DNA of 64,000 nt from a virus (taxonomy: Duplodnaviria; Heunggongvirae; Uroviricota; Caudoviricetes): IMG/VR virus record IMGVR_UViG_3300014204_006651, positions 16,416 to 80,415 of that record, one strand, 5' to 3'. Shown here piece after piece: positions 41,201 through 49,699 of the stretch. Both the position numbers and the translations under genes were made by a program. Below the pieces are notes generated by a model. The model did no database searches, was not told where the DNA came from, and worked only from the letters and a program-made list of their open reading frames with translations. Within the stretch, counting starts at the first letter, position 1. Each line of letters opens with the position of its first letter.

Positions 41201-41555
41201 AGTATGGCTTGATCAAGATGATTTACGACCTAAATTAGTCTATAATAATAGACCAACCTCAATTATTGATTGTATTGGTGGAAGTGGTAAAGAAAGAACA
41301 TTTTCCAGTGTGGTGTTAAAATTTGCATTAAATCAAATTAATGTGAAAGCCAAGCCAACAATATTTTTACTTGATGAGGTGATGGGTAAATTGGATTTGG
41401 AAGGAAGTGTTGAGGAATTTATTGAAATATTACAACTAATTAAATTAAATATGAAAAAGGTATTAATCATTGAACAAGTTCATAATATAGAACCAGACTA
41501 TTTAATTACTGCACAATTGGATGAAAATGGTATATCATCAATTACTATTGAATAA
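38226..41555 (+). CDS. single-chain Mre11(SbcD)-Rad50(SbcC) fusion nuclease/ATPase
   Basis: N-terminal metallophosphatase motifs HLGDIHI, VGDLVHD and TRGNHDC. Then the Walker A P-loop GINTAGKTTILKL, a long coiled coil containing a CSQCGQ zinc hook (CxxC), a signature-like GGSGKER and Walker B/D-loop IFLLDEVMGKLD. The ATG at 38226 is preferred over the TTG at 38199. Confidence 0.75.
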   Translation: MSIKKICHLGDIHIRKTPTRNSEYEFVFKNLIKSLTEKKPDRIVIVGDLVHDYLDLQGEQLIMANRLLNDLSKIAPVRVTRGNHDCRKKNLKRVDSIKAIVETLNNPEVIYYDKTGFYEDKNINWAVWHHGEIKNNPWKNKEGKHILENPNHFLNIDLFHDPINGCKAVNGFDMKSKSYYKLSDFKGDLSFFGDIHRMQFLDETHTKAYCGSLIAQDIGEGDDNFHGYLLWDVETKTSELISVKNYHSYNNIKISPFTDFDDLDFEIPNPTREMHVRFIWNTLPQTRTKENERKLISYIKSKYSNLIILHKNNFIESENIEINENVTLQNISSKTVQHEIFTEFLEKIGTDANIINDVITLDEEILNEINIDEDVSIEWNIIKFGGINFASYGQLDIDWRDMDGLFQITGINTAGKTTILKLITYILFNKSLETESRLKYGDKRFVNDRNGATYCETYLVLEANGEYFGIKRRTDIIRNKEGEITGAPTKLNHYILSNPDEEMNENTSLEKLDADKRIITQNKLESIIGAYDDFMRIVMTTSDTLNKILSNDMAIFIDSLLSDSGLDIFDKKLEGWKIINKRINEKSRISCNIEIKEMEIATFTEEINLFESNIYDIEIIKLPTIQNKISTGRTYVETLTKKLFKIDPEIYDLNVDTVRKDIRVHQMNINDYNARKIILNDIIIQLKESYNEKQLIKLIEKKEAHKTIEYNKKFEIKTIEQIIRDEEHAIEIINGEIFRLKQDGTKLKTERQNLKNSKICSQCGQIIDKKEHQDHIANNIKIKEIEMFSIAEKINEKEKIDKQNHLNKIEIKKGEIIPIQKSIENSALEMENVLREIGELLNDKNDVDKRKELSTELNQIPILIQNEELKINILQQKINNYENSLKQIEENHNTEKVITAAKQKLLVLESEEFNEKENIFIMKTSVAEKQKKIKENDQLIIDFKAQEYRDSVMNLYKMCVHRDGIPRQMLSNYIIPKINLTLENILSVAPFKVWLDQDDLRPKLVYNNRPTSIIDCIGGSGKERTFSSVVLKFALNQINVKAKPTIFLLDEVMGKLDLEGSVEEFIEILQLIKLNMKKVLIIEQVHNIEPDYLITAQLDENGISSITIE

Positions 41556-41597
41556 TAATGGTTTTTTTACTATTTATTGTAAAGAAATTAAATACAT

Positions 41598-42749
41598 ATG
41601 GACATAAAAAAATATGATGAGTTAAGAAAAAAAATAAACACTAAAGATTTTGAAAGTAGAAATAATGGACTTGATAAATGGTTATGGCGTTTTTCTTTTC
41701 TTGGTAATATAAGTGCAGTTTTCTTCGCTTATTTTTTGGTATATCCGGCATTATCAAAAACAATTACAATAAATTTTATTTCAGGATTCGGTGGTTTATT
41801 AATAGCATTTATTATATCGGTAGCATTTCTTGGGACATTTGAAATAATTAAAAGATATTTTATTAGAAATTTTTCTGATGATTATTTCAGTAATAATAAA
41901 AAGATTAATTTTCAGATTGGTGGATGGTTTACATTAGCAGTAGTAATTATTTCAATAAGTTTTTATCTTTCAATTGCTGGATCAAAAAATTTGGCAACAA
42001 CAAGTATAATAAAAAACGATATAATTGAAACAGAAACCACAACAAACAATAATAAACTTATTACAACATATGAATATAAAAAGCAAACATATGTTAATGA
42101 TAATGAATTACTTCGAAAAATAAATAATGATTTAAGACAAAAATTAACCGAAACCCCAATAAATTATGTTTCTATACGTAAGGATTATCAAGTAAACATA
42201 GACAAAAATATTAAAATTATTGAAGATAATGAACGACAGATTGATAAACTTGATGGGGAATTAATTTCAAAACAAAATGAATTAAATAAAAAATTTTTAA
42301 ATGCTAAATCAAACCATCAATCTGAAGACATAAAAAATATTTTTTTATTTATAATTATTGTTGTAGTTAATGAAGTTCTTATAATTGGTGGAATCTATTT
42401 TAGAGAATATTACGAACATAGATTGTTTGAAATAAATCATCAGAGATTTGAAAAATTATATCAAAAAAAAGATAGATATCTTGCATTATTATCATTTGTT
42501 TATGGTGGTGGTAAATTAACCACCGGAGATAGGGTGATAAGTGGTTTAGAATTAAAAAACATTGTTGCAGAAAAAGCAAACATTTCGAATTCAAACAAAT
42601 TAGTTGAAGAGTTCTTGCAAGATATGGATAGATTAGGTATATTTGTTACTGTTGGAAAAAGAAGAAACATTTCAGCAACATATAGTGAAGCATCAAATAT
42701 TATTGAGAAATTTGATGATGCTTTTAGGATAATTGAAAATATGAAATAA
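41598..42749 (+). CDS. membrane protein with a coiled-coil region
   Basis: 383 aa. Hydrophobic segments lie near residues 35-55, 60-80, 105-125 and 245-265. The motif precedes it at 41570. Confidence 0.45.
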   Translation: MDIKKYDELRKKINTKDFESRNNGLDKWLWRFSFLGNISAVFFAYFLVYPALSKTITINFISGFGGLLIAFIISVAFLGTFEIIKRYFIRNFSDDYFSNNKKINFQIGGWFTLAVVIISISFYLSIAGSKNLATTSIIKNDIIETETTTNNNKLITTYEYKKQTYVNDNELLRKINNDLRQKLTETPINYVSIRKDYQVNIDKNIKIIEDNERQIDKLDGELISKQNELNKKFLNAKSNHQSEDIKNIFLFIIIVVVNEVLIIGGIYFREYYEHRLFEINHQRFEKLYQKKDRYLALLSFVYGGGKLTTGDRVISGLELKNIVAEKANISNSNKLVEEFLQDMDRLGIFVTVGKRRNISATYSEASNIIEKFDDAFRIIENMK

Positions 42750-42899
42750 AATGAGTGACGAAAAAGAAATTGCTGAATTAATTAAAAAAGCATTACTAAT
42801 AGTAGATGAATTATCGTTTTACGATTTTGATGAAATTGATGATCAAGAAAAATTGGAAAAGTTAATTAAGAAAGCAAAAAATTTAACAAGAAATAAATT

Positions 42900-43247
42900 A
42901 TGGAAACTAAAATAAAAGATAAATGGTGCACTTATGGTGCATGGGGTAAAAAATCACCAACATTTATCGGAAAATTACTTGAACAACTTGATAAATCTGG
43001 AACAATTTTATATTCAGAATCACAAATGTATCCACCTGAATTATGGGATATGGGTTATGTTGAACTATTTGATACAGTAGAAGAAGCCATAATTTATATG
43101 ATGAAAAATGATTTTTATAATAGAAGCTTAAATCGTATAAGAGAAAATTTAAGTTTTCCTTCTGATACAAATAATATTGATTGGAACAATTTAAGTAAAA
43201 TTGAAGAGGAAATAAATGAAAAAAAGATACATGGAATCAAATACTAA
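42900..43247 (+). CDS. hypothetical protein
   Basis: 115-aa ORF. A 54-codon ORF at 42751-42915 (MSDEKEIAELIKK...) overlaps its start and may also be real. Confidence 0.4.
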   Translation: METKIKDKWCTYGAWGKKSPTFIGKLLEQLDKSGTILYSESQMYPPELWDMGYVELFDTVEEAIIYMMKNDFYNRSLNRIRENLSFPSDTNNIDWNNLSKIEEEINEKKIHGIKY

Positions 43248-43351
43248 ATGAGAAAATATAATAAAGAATTTAATGCTGCATATCGTAATCAATGGCTTAA
43301 TGATATTAGTAATCATATGATTAATGGTAAATTAAAATAAAATAGGATGTT

Positions 43352-43795
43352 ATGAATAAATGGGATGGAAGATTTATTAAATTAGCCGAAGAAGTTAGTT
43401 TTTGGAGTAAAGATTTAAGAACTAAAGTTGGTTCAATAATTGTAGATAATGATAATAATCCAATATCTATGGGTTATAACGGGTTTGCCCGAAAAATTAA
43501 TGATGAAATTAATGAAAGATATTTACCTGAAAATAAATTAAAATGGGTTATTCATAGCGAAGCAAATGCAATAATTAATTGTGCTCGACATAATCAATGT
43601 ACTGTTAATACAACAATATATGTTACATTATTTCCATGTAGTAATTGTGCTGGTATGATTGTTAATGCTGGTATTAAAAGAGTTGTTTGTAAAAATAAAC
43701 CAGATTTTGATAATGAAAGATGGGGTGAAAATTGGAAAATATCATTAATGATATTAAATGAAGGTGGAGTAACTATTGATTATTTTAATACATAA
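43352..43795 (+). CDS. dCMP deaminase
   Basis: Zinc-binding motifs HSEANAI and PCSNCAGMI. A 147-aa size is typical. Confidence 0.8.
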   Translation: MNKWDGRFIKLAEEVSFWSKDLRTKVGSIIVDNDNNPISMGYNGFARKINDEINERYLPENKLKWVIHSEANAIINCARHNQCTVNTTIYVTLFPCSNCAGMIVNAGIKRVVCKNKPDFDNERWGENWKISLMILNEGGVTIDYFNT

Positions 43796-43802
43796 ATAGA
43801 AA

Positions 43803-44414
43803 ATGATAATTGATACTACAACATATGAAGTAAAAGGGGTTAATCTACATAAAACACATTGCATTAAGACACAAATTATAATAGCAATGAGTTTAAGAAA
43901 AAATAGTTATCACATAATTAGATTAAAAAACAAAGAATTTGGTAATTCAAAAAAATGGAATACTTACACTATTTCCAGAGACGGAACAATATATCAACAT
44001 TATGATCCAAAATTCCATACCGATTTTCTTGGTATTAAAGAAGCTGATAAACAATCAATATCAATAGTACTGGAAAATATGGGTTGTTTATTTCGTACTT
44101 CAACTAATAAATATATTAATTGGTTGAATGAAGAATGTGATAAAAAAAATGTTGTAGCGTTTGATTATATGGGATATAATTTTTGGGAACAATATTCAAA
44201 TGAACAAATAGAAAGTACTGTTCAATTATGTAAAAAATTATGTGAAGATTTTAATATTCCTAATACAAGTATGGAATTTTTTCCATATCATAAAGATACA
44301 ATTAAATTTAAAGGTATTGTTTTCAGAAGTAATCATATTGAAGATAGTAGTGACATAAATCCGCTCTTTAATATTGATAAATTTAATGAAATGTTACATA
44401 ATGAATTTGTTTAA
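43803..44414 (+). CDS. amidase_2/PGRP-like paralog with degenerate active site
   Basis: It aligns along its length with amidase 49700 (RDGTIYQHY vs WDGKIYQCF; YSNEQIESTV vs YTDAQIESVR). The HHT zinc ligands are replaced by AMS, and the Cys by Asp. Confidence 0.4.
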   Translation: MIIDTTTYEVKGVNLHKTHCIKTQIIIAMSLRKNSYHIIRLKNKEFGNSKKWNTYTISRDGTIYQHYDPKFHTDFLGIKEADKQSISIVLENMGCLFRTSTNKYINWLNEECDKKNVVAFDYMGYNFWEQYSNEQIESTVQLCKKLCEDFNIPNTSMEFFPYHKDTIKFKGIVFRSNHIEDSSDINPLFNIDKFNEMLHNEFV

Positions 44415-44438
44415 AGTATTTATAATAAAATTAAGAAA

Positions 44439-44936
44439 ATGTCTAATAATATAAATACTAAAACAACCCCCGATCAAATGAGAGTTTTCATGGGAAGAAT
44501 GCGTAATGGTAAGTATGAAATTGTTGAATCTGAAGAAAAATCTAAAGATTTAGATATTAGAAGTATGCTTAAAATTACTCGTAATTTAAATGAAGAATTT
44601 GATGATCAACATAAAAAATCTTTAAATAAAAAAAATGTTTACGATCAAACAGAAGAAGAAAATAAATTAAAAACATATTTTGATAATATGAGTGTGAGTA
44701 TTAAATTTATTGAATTGGAAGTTTATGATGATTTAGTTTTTTGGGGAGGTACAATTAATGGTGTAATTCAATTTATATTTAAAGTAACTCCAGATGAGAC
44801 CACAAGTGGTGTAGAATTTAATTATACTGATGATTTTTCGCCCGATAATCCTGAAAATAATGAAATTATAAAAAAAATTGAAACATATTATGATTCATTT
44901 TATAAATATTGGAGAGATAATATAGTACAACAATAA
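44439..44936 (+). CDS. hypothetical protein
   Basis: 165 aa with the motif at 44416 upstream and a terminator downstream. Confidence 0.5.
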   Translation: MSNNINTKTTPDQMRVFMGRMRNGKYEIVESEEKSKDLDIRSMLKITRNLNEEFDDQHKKSLNKKNVYDQTEEENKLKTYFDNMSVSIKFIELEVYDDLVFWGGTINGVIQFIFKVTPDETTSGVEFNYTDDFSPDNPENNEIIKKIETYYDSFYKYWRDNIVQQ

Positions 44937-44943
44937 AAATAAA

Positions 44944-44968
44944 ACCCGATTATACATCGGGTTTTTTC
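44944..44968 (+). terminator. rho-independent terminator
   Basis: ACCCGAT-TATAC-ATCGGGT followed by TTTTTT. Confidence 0.6.
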
Positions 44969-45005
44969 ATAATTATTAAACTATTTATTATAAAAATTTA
45001 TAATT

Positions 45006-45803
45006 ATGAAAAATCTATCTGAAATAATTAGTGCTTTTTTTAAGAATATAAAAAGTTATATCATTATTATTATAATTGCAATAATTGTAATACTGATCAC
45101 AGTTGTTTATTTTCAACACAATAAAATCATTAAATTAAAAAATAATTATGAGACTGAAATTAAATTAAAGGATGCATTAATTGATTCTGTTCACACATAT
45201 CAAAATAAACAGAATGAATGGGTAACAGAAAAACTTACAATACAGGAAGATATTAAAAATCTTGAAAAAATAAATAATCAATTAACTGCCTCACAAAAAG
45301 AATTAATTAAAAGAATTAAAGAAGTAGAAAAAGAAAATTCAATTATTGCTGCAGCACTTATTGAAACAAACGTTATAATTGATTCATTAGAAAAATATAA
45401 AATTTATGTTGATACTACAAATAAAAATATTGCATTTAGTGATTCAACAAAAAATCTAAAATATAATATTTGGGTTGGAAAAGTACTTCCGGCATACAGA
45501 GATAGTTCACCCACACTAACTTTTAAAGAATTTATATTACCCAATAAACAATTTATTGATTTTCATTGGAAAGATGATAAGAAAAAAGGATATCCAATTG
45601 CATTTAGTGTTACAAATACTAATGATTATTTTAAAACCGTAAATATTGATAGTTATGCAATTAAACCAATAAATAAAGAAGTACTTGATCCAAATGGTTG
45701 GCAAAAAATTGGAAATTTCTTTATAAAAAATGGTAAAACAGTTGTAGTATTTTCTGTAGGTGCAGTTGGTGGAGCAACAGCATTTTGGATATTAACTAAA
45801 TAA
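45006..45803 (+). CDS. N-terminally membrane-anchored protein
   Basis: 265 aa with the TM segment IIIIIIAIIVILITVVYF at the N-terminus. The motif CTATTTATTA lies at 44981. Confidence 0.45.
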   Translation: MKNLSEIISAFFKNIKSYIIIIIIAIIVILITVVYFQHNKIIKLKNNYETEIKLKDALIDSVHTYQNKQNEWVTEKLTIQEDIKNLEKINNQLTASQKELIKRIKEVEKENSIIAAALIETNVIIDSLEKYKIYVDTTNKNIAFSDSTKNLKYNIWVGKVLPAYRDSSPTLTFKEFILPNKQFIDFHWKDDKKKGYPIAFSVTNTNDYFKTVNIDSYAIKPINKEVLDPNGWQKIGNFFIKNGKTVVVFSVGAVGGATAFWILTK

Positions 45804-45953
45804 ATATACCCACTAATATGTGAACATATTTTATATTAAGAAAAGTAAATAAATAAAATTATGTATTTTTTATGTATAATTTTAAGTATGTGTTCTTTTA
45901 ATTAATATCGTTTTTTTGTTTTCAGTAAGTATTTATTATCAAGTAGACATAAT

Positions 45954-46160
45954 ATGGATAATAGTGATATTAAGAAAATAGTCAAAGATGAAATTACGAA
46001 TTTTGTTAGAAATTCTTTGGATATTGAATTAAAAAAAATTCTTAGTAATCTAAATAGTAAATCAAGACATGAATTAGCAGATGCAATGAAAAGAGCAATG
46101 GAAAGTGTTGTTAAAACACTGTGGATCAAGAGAGATTTTTGGAAGACAGATATAAAATAA
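45954..46160 (+). CDS. small hypothetical protein
   Basis: 68 aa. The promoter motif at 45929 supports the + strand ORF over the overlapping - strand ORF. Confidence 0.4.
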   Translation: MDNSDIKKIVKDEITNFVRNSLDIELKKILSNLNSKSRHELADAMKRAMESVVKTLWIKRDFWKTDIK

Positions 46161-49100
46161 TGAACGAAGATATTAAATTTAAGTCAACACTTAAAGAACC
46201 AGTAAGTGATCAGTCAAAGAAATTTGAAAAAGATTTTAAAAAAACTATGACACAATATAACCCAACAACGAAATTGAATGAAACTGATACTTTATTAAGT
46301 GAAGTAGAGCAATCATTAAAGAAAAAGATTTTTAGTTTGGGTAAAATGGAATCATTAGTTTTTGCTGATCCTAAATTAACTGCGGTTTATAATCAAATGG
46401 CTGAAAATGGTGAAGAAAAATATGGATATCATTATAATGAAACTATTCAAAATATGATATTTAATGATTATGTATTAAATAGTCCGAAATATTTACAAAA
46501 ATATAAAATGGCTATACCGAAAGAAAAGAAAAGAAGAGATAAAAGCGGTATTAATCAATTAAAAAAAGCAGGAGAAATAACTATGGCAAAAACAAATCCA
46601 ACTCCTAAACCAATTGTTACTGAAAATGATGAATTACCTACTAAAGTAATGTTTTTGGTTAACGATAGAGATCAAAAAAATGCAGATGTTTTTGCATATT
46701 TTCCAGAAGAAAATTATGATAATGCTGGTAAATATAAAACTGCTTATTCACATATTGGTCAACACTCTTCTGCAAGTCCAGAATATGCTGCAGAAAGTAG
46801 ACCAGCATCACCAGAAGAATACGCTGATCTTAAAGCTGAACTTGAAAGTATTGGTTATAATCTTGATGTAGTTAATGGTATTGAAGAAACTACAGGTGCT
46901 GGAAGTGCTGGTGCATTTGCTCCTGCAATGGGAATACAAAAAAGATCATTTGCAGAAGAAGAAATTGAAGAATCCACATCAGCAAGTAGTGCTGGTGGTG
47001 CTGCTGGATATGTTGGTTATGCAGGTCCTGCTGCTTGGGGTAGTGGTGATTTATTAAAAAAAGGTGAAACAAGTCCAACATTAAAAAAACCAATATGGAA
47101 AGGTGGAACAGTTATACAAGAAAGTAATTATTTAATTGATCCATCTGGATTTGAAAAATATATTCATTTATTAAATGAAGTTGATATATCCTATCAAACA
47201 AAATTGGAAAAAAAATCCCCAAATAGACAAGAAAAAGATAATACTATTATTAATAAAACTTCTGCATTTACAAGTGATGTGGTAAAAAATTGGAACGATG
47301 ATGATACTAATCTTGAAATGAATCAATTAAAAACTGGTAATCCGGATAAACCAAATTTTAATACAATGGAAGAAGAAAAGAATCTTAATGAAAAATCTAA
47401 ATCGAAAACACAACAACGTTTTATGGGTATGGTTCATGCAGTACAAAAAGGTAAATTAAGTCCTGATAAAGTTGGTAATAGTGTTGAAAAAGCTGCTGTA
47501 AATATGAGTGATAAAGATGCTGAAGATTTTGCAAGCACTAAACATAAAGGATTACCTGAAAAAATTGATGAAAATTTAGATGCAAAATATTCTCCTGATG
47601 AAAATTATAAATTTGTTGTTGAATCAAAATATATTATTGGTTTTCAAGGAAGGGAAGATATTTTATATTTTAAAACTGAAAGCGTTGCATTAAAATTTGT
47701 TAATGAAAAACCTAAAACACGAAAATATTTAGGTATTTATAATATTAAAGATGATACATTAACTATGATACAAAATAATGGTAATCCAGACAAATCAAAT
47801 TTAAGAACAATGGATGAAATTTTAAGTGTACATGATACTGTAGAATATATATCAGATAGAAATGGTGAAAATCCTTTTGAATTACAGGGTTCAAAATGGC
47901 AATTTGTAAATGCTAAATATCCCGATGGTAAGATAGATATTGGAGTATACAAGTTTGGTCAGGATTTGGTGTTTGATTATACAAGATGGCGAGAAGAAAT
48001 GGGATTAGATAAAAATAACAATATTAAAGAAGATACACAAACTATGATACAAAATAATGGAACTTCGATGTCAAACAAAGCACAACCAACTGGTGAACAA
48101 CCAAGTGGTATGGGTATGGGCATGCAAACAAGTGGTGGATTACAAGAATCCGATCAAATATCAAATCCTGTTAAATGGGTTCAAGCACAAAAAGATGCTG
48201 AAGGAATGAATGAACACTACAAAAAATTATTAAAAGAAATAAATAGTGAGTTGGAAGCATTTTCAATTCATCAAAATAAATTAATGAAAATGAGTGAAGA
48301 TAGAAAACCATCGTCATTGGTACTTAAAGATCGACTTGGTGATGATAATAAGAAAAATTTTAAATCAGATTTACAACAAAGCGGTACTAAAGAAGTAATT
48401 GATGTTGAAAAAGAATTACAATATAATGACCAACAAACCGATGTAGGTGATAATCCACAAAAATTGGGTCAAGATATTGAAAATAAACTTTTATTAAACA
48501 CAAAAGGTGATGCATTATTAAATGTAGGTGATTCTGATAATGATAAGGGTGATGAAATACCAAAACGTAATTTCACTACTGAAGAACAACATGAAGTTGA
48601 TATGATGCGTCAGGGTCAACAAGATTTGATTTTTGATAATAAACCAAGTAAAAGGTTTGAAGATCGTATGAAAGCTGATATGGGTGATGCAATGTATAAA
48701 ATCAGACAAGAAAAAATGAAATACAAAGCAAAAGCACCAATGTATAATAAAGAAGAACAACCTATAGCTGATACTGCAGTTAATAAAGTACAATTTGATA
48801 AAGAAAAATCTGGCTGGAATGAAAGAGAAGGTTTAGCTGAAACTATGATCACTGGTAGATTTATTGATTTATTGGGTAAAAAATATGTGAAGGATTTTAG
48901 GTTAAATGAAGCTAAAGAACTAAAAACTTCAACTGGAACTGCTAATCAAACAGGATTATTTGAATTAGATTTTACTGGATTTGGTAATAAATATAAAGGT
49001 AAAACAGAAAATAAAAAAGTTCTTATTAATGAAGGTATTGAAGCAGTATTATCCGAAAATAAATTTTATACTGATGGTATTAATGTTTTTGTTTTAAAGA

Positions 49101-49246
49101 ATCCTGTTCAAAAATTAAACGAAAATGAACATAAATTTGAAAAACAACCAATAAATGAACAAGTAAATAAAATGAAACACTTACTTGGTTATAAACCAAA
49201 TGAGTTTGTGAATACAACTAATGTAAAGAAAAATCGTGGATTTTAA
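46160..49246 (+). CDS. large acidic hypothetical protein with internal repeats
   Basis: About 1028 aa, counted from the internal ATG that overlaps the upstream stop (TAATG). It has an internal repeat DDTLTMIQNNGNP / EDTQTMIQNNGTS and a low-complexity GAGSAGAFAPAMG ... SSAGGAAGYVGYAGPAAWGSG segment. Confidence 0.5.
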   Translation: MNEDIKFKSTLKEPVSDQSKKFEKDFKKTMTQYNPTTKLNETDTLLSEVEQSLKKKIFSLGKMESLVFADPKLTAVYNQMAENGEEKYGYHYNETIQNMIFNDYVLNSPKYLQKYKMAIPKEKKRRDKSGINQLKKAGEITMAKTNPTPKPIVTENDELPTKVMFLVNDRDQKNADVFAYFPEENYDNAGKYKTAYSHIGQHSSASPEYAAESRPASPEEYADLKAELESIGYNLDVVNGIEETTGAGSAGAFAPAMGIQKRSFAEEEIEESTSASSAGGAAGYVGYAGPAAWGSGDLLKKGETSPTLKKPIWKGGTVIQESNYLIDPSGFEKYIHLLNEVDISYQTKLEKKSPNRQEKDNTIINKTSAFTSDVVKNWNDDDTNLEMNQLKTGNPDKPNFNTMEEEKNLNEKSKSKTQQRFMGMVHAVQKGKLSPDKVGNSVEKAAVNMSDKDAEDFASTKHKGLPEKIDENLDAKYSPDENYKFVVESKYIIGFQGREDILYFKTESVALKFVNEKPKTRKYLGIYNIKDDTLTMIQNNGNPDKSNLRTMDEILSVHDTVEYISDRNGENPFELQGSKWQFVNAKYPDGKIDIGVYKFGQDLVFDYTRWREEMGLDKNNNIKEDTQTMIQNNGTSMSNKAQPTGEQPSGMGMGMQTSGGLQESDQISNPVKWVQAQKDAEGMNEHYKKLLKEINSELEAFSIHQNKLMKMSEDRKPSSLVLKDRLGDDNKKNFKSDLQQSGTKEVIDVEKELQYNDQQTDVGDNPQKLGQDIENKLLLNTKGDALLNVGDSDNDKGDEIPKRNFTTEEQHEVDMMRQGQQDLIFDNKPSKRFEDRMKADMGDAMYKIRQEKMKYKAKAPMYNKEEQPIADTAVNKVQFDKEKSGWNEREGLAETMITGRFIDLLGKKYVKDFRLNEAKELKTSTGTANQTGLFELDFTGFGNKYKGKTENKKVLINEGIEAVLSENKFYTDGINVFVLKNPVQKLNENEHKFEKQPINEQVNKMKHLLGYKPNEFVNTTNVKKNRGF

Positions 49247-49610
49247 AAAAAATATAATTACCAGTGATCAATTTTTGAAAGCATATAATAATCATTTACC
49301 AAGTGGTTGGATTAAATTTGCATATAAGTATTTTTCAACCGAAACAGTTAATAAAAATATGAAGTTAAAAAATAGTGTAGTATATATATTAATAAGTTTT
49401 TTTATAATTGGTTTTATTGGAACAATTTTGAAAGCACCAAGGATAGTAATTGGAATTGCAACAATATCTTATTCAATAATTTTAGCTGTTTTAGTATTAT
49501 ATTTATTTAGTGTAGTAAAATTAAATAATCTCAGAATAAAAAAAATTAGAAATGAACTTGGTGGAATTTCTGCTGAAGAATATAATAAGTTAGTTGAAAT
49601 GTATTCATAA
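49236..49610 (+). CDS. holin-like two-TM membrane protein
   Basis: Two hydrophobic helices, VVYILISFFIIGFIGTIL and IVIGIATISYSIILAVLVLYLF. It lies immediately upstream of the amidase gene. The GTG start overlaps the upstream stop. Confidence 0.4.
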   Translation: MDFKKNIITSDQFLKAYNNHLPSGWIKFAYKYFSTETVNKNMKLKNSVVYILISFFIIGFIGTILKAPRIVIGIATISYSIILAVLVLYLFSVVKLNNLRIKKIRNELGGISAEEYNKLVEMYS

Positions 49611-49630
49611 TAAAATTTTTAGTAAATATT

Positions 49631-49661
49631 AAAAGTATCAATTATTTGATACTTTTTTTTT
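49631..49661 (+). terminator. rho-independent terminator
   Basis: AAAAGTATCAA-TTAT-TTGATACTTTTTTTTT. Confidence 0.5.
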
Positions 49662-49699
49662 ATCTATTAGTCTGTATTTATAGAAAAAAGTTAAAAATT

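Noticed and set aside
45902-46129. - strand ORF overlapping the + strand small gene 45954-46160.
   Set aside because: The + strand ORF has the promoter motif, and its stop overlaps the following gene start. The - strand ORF has no signals.
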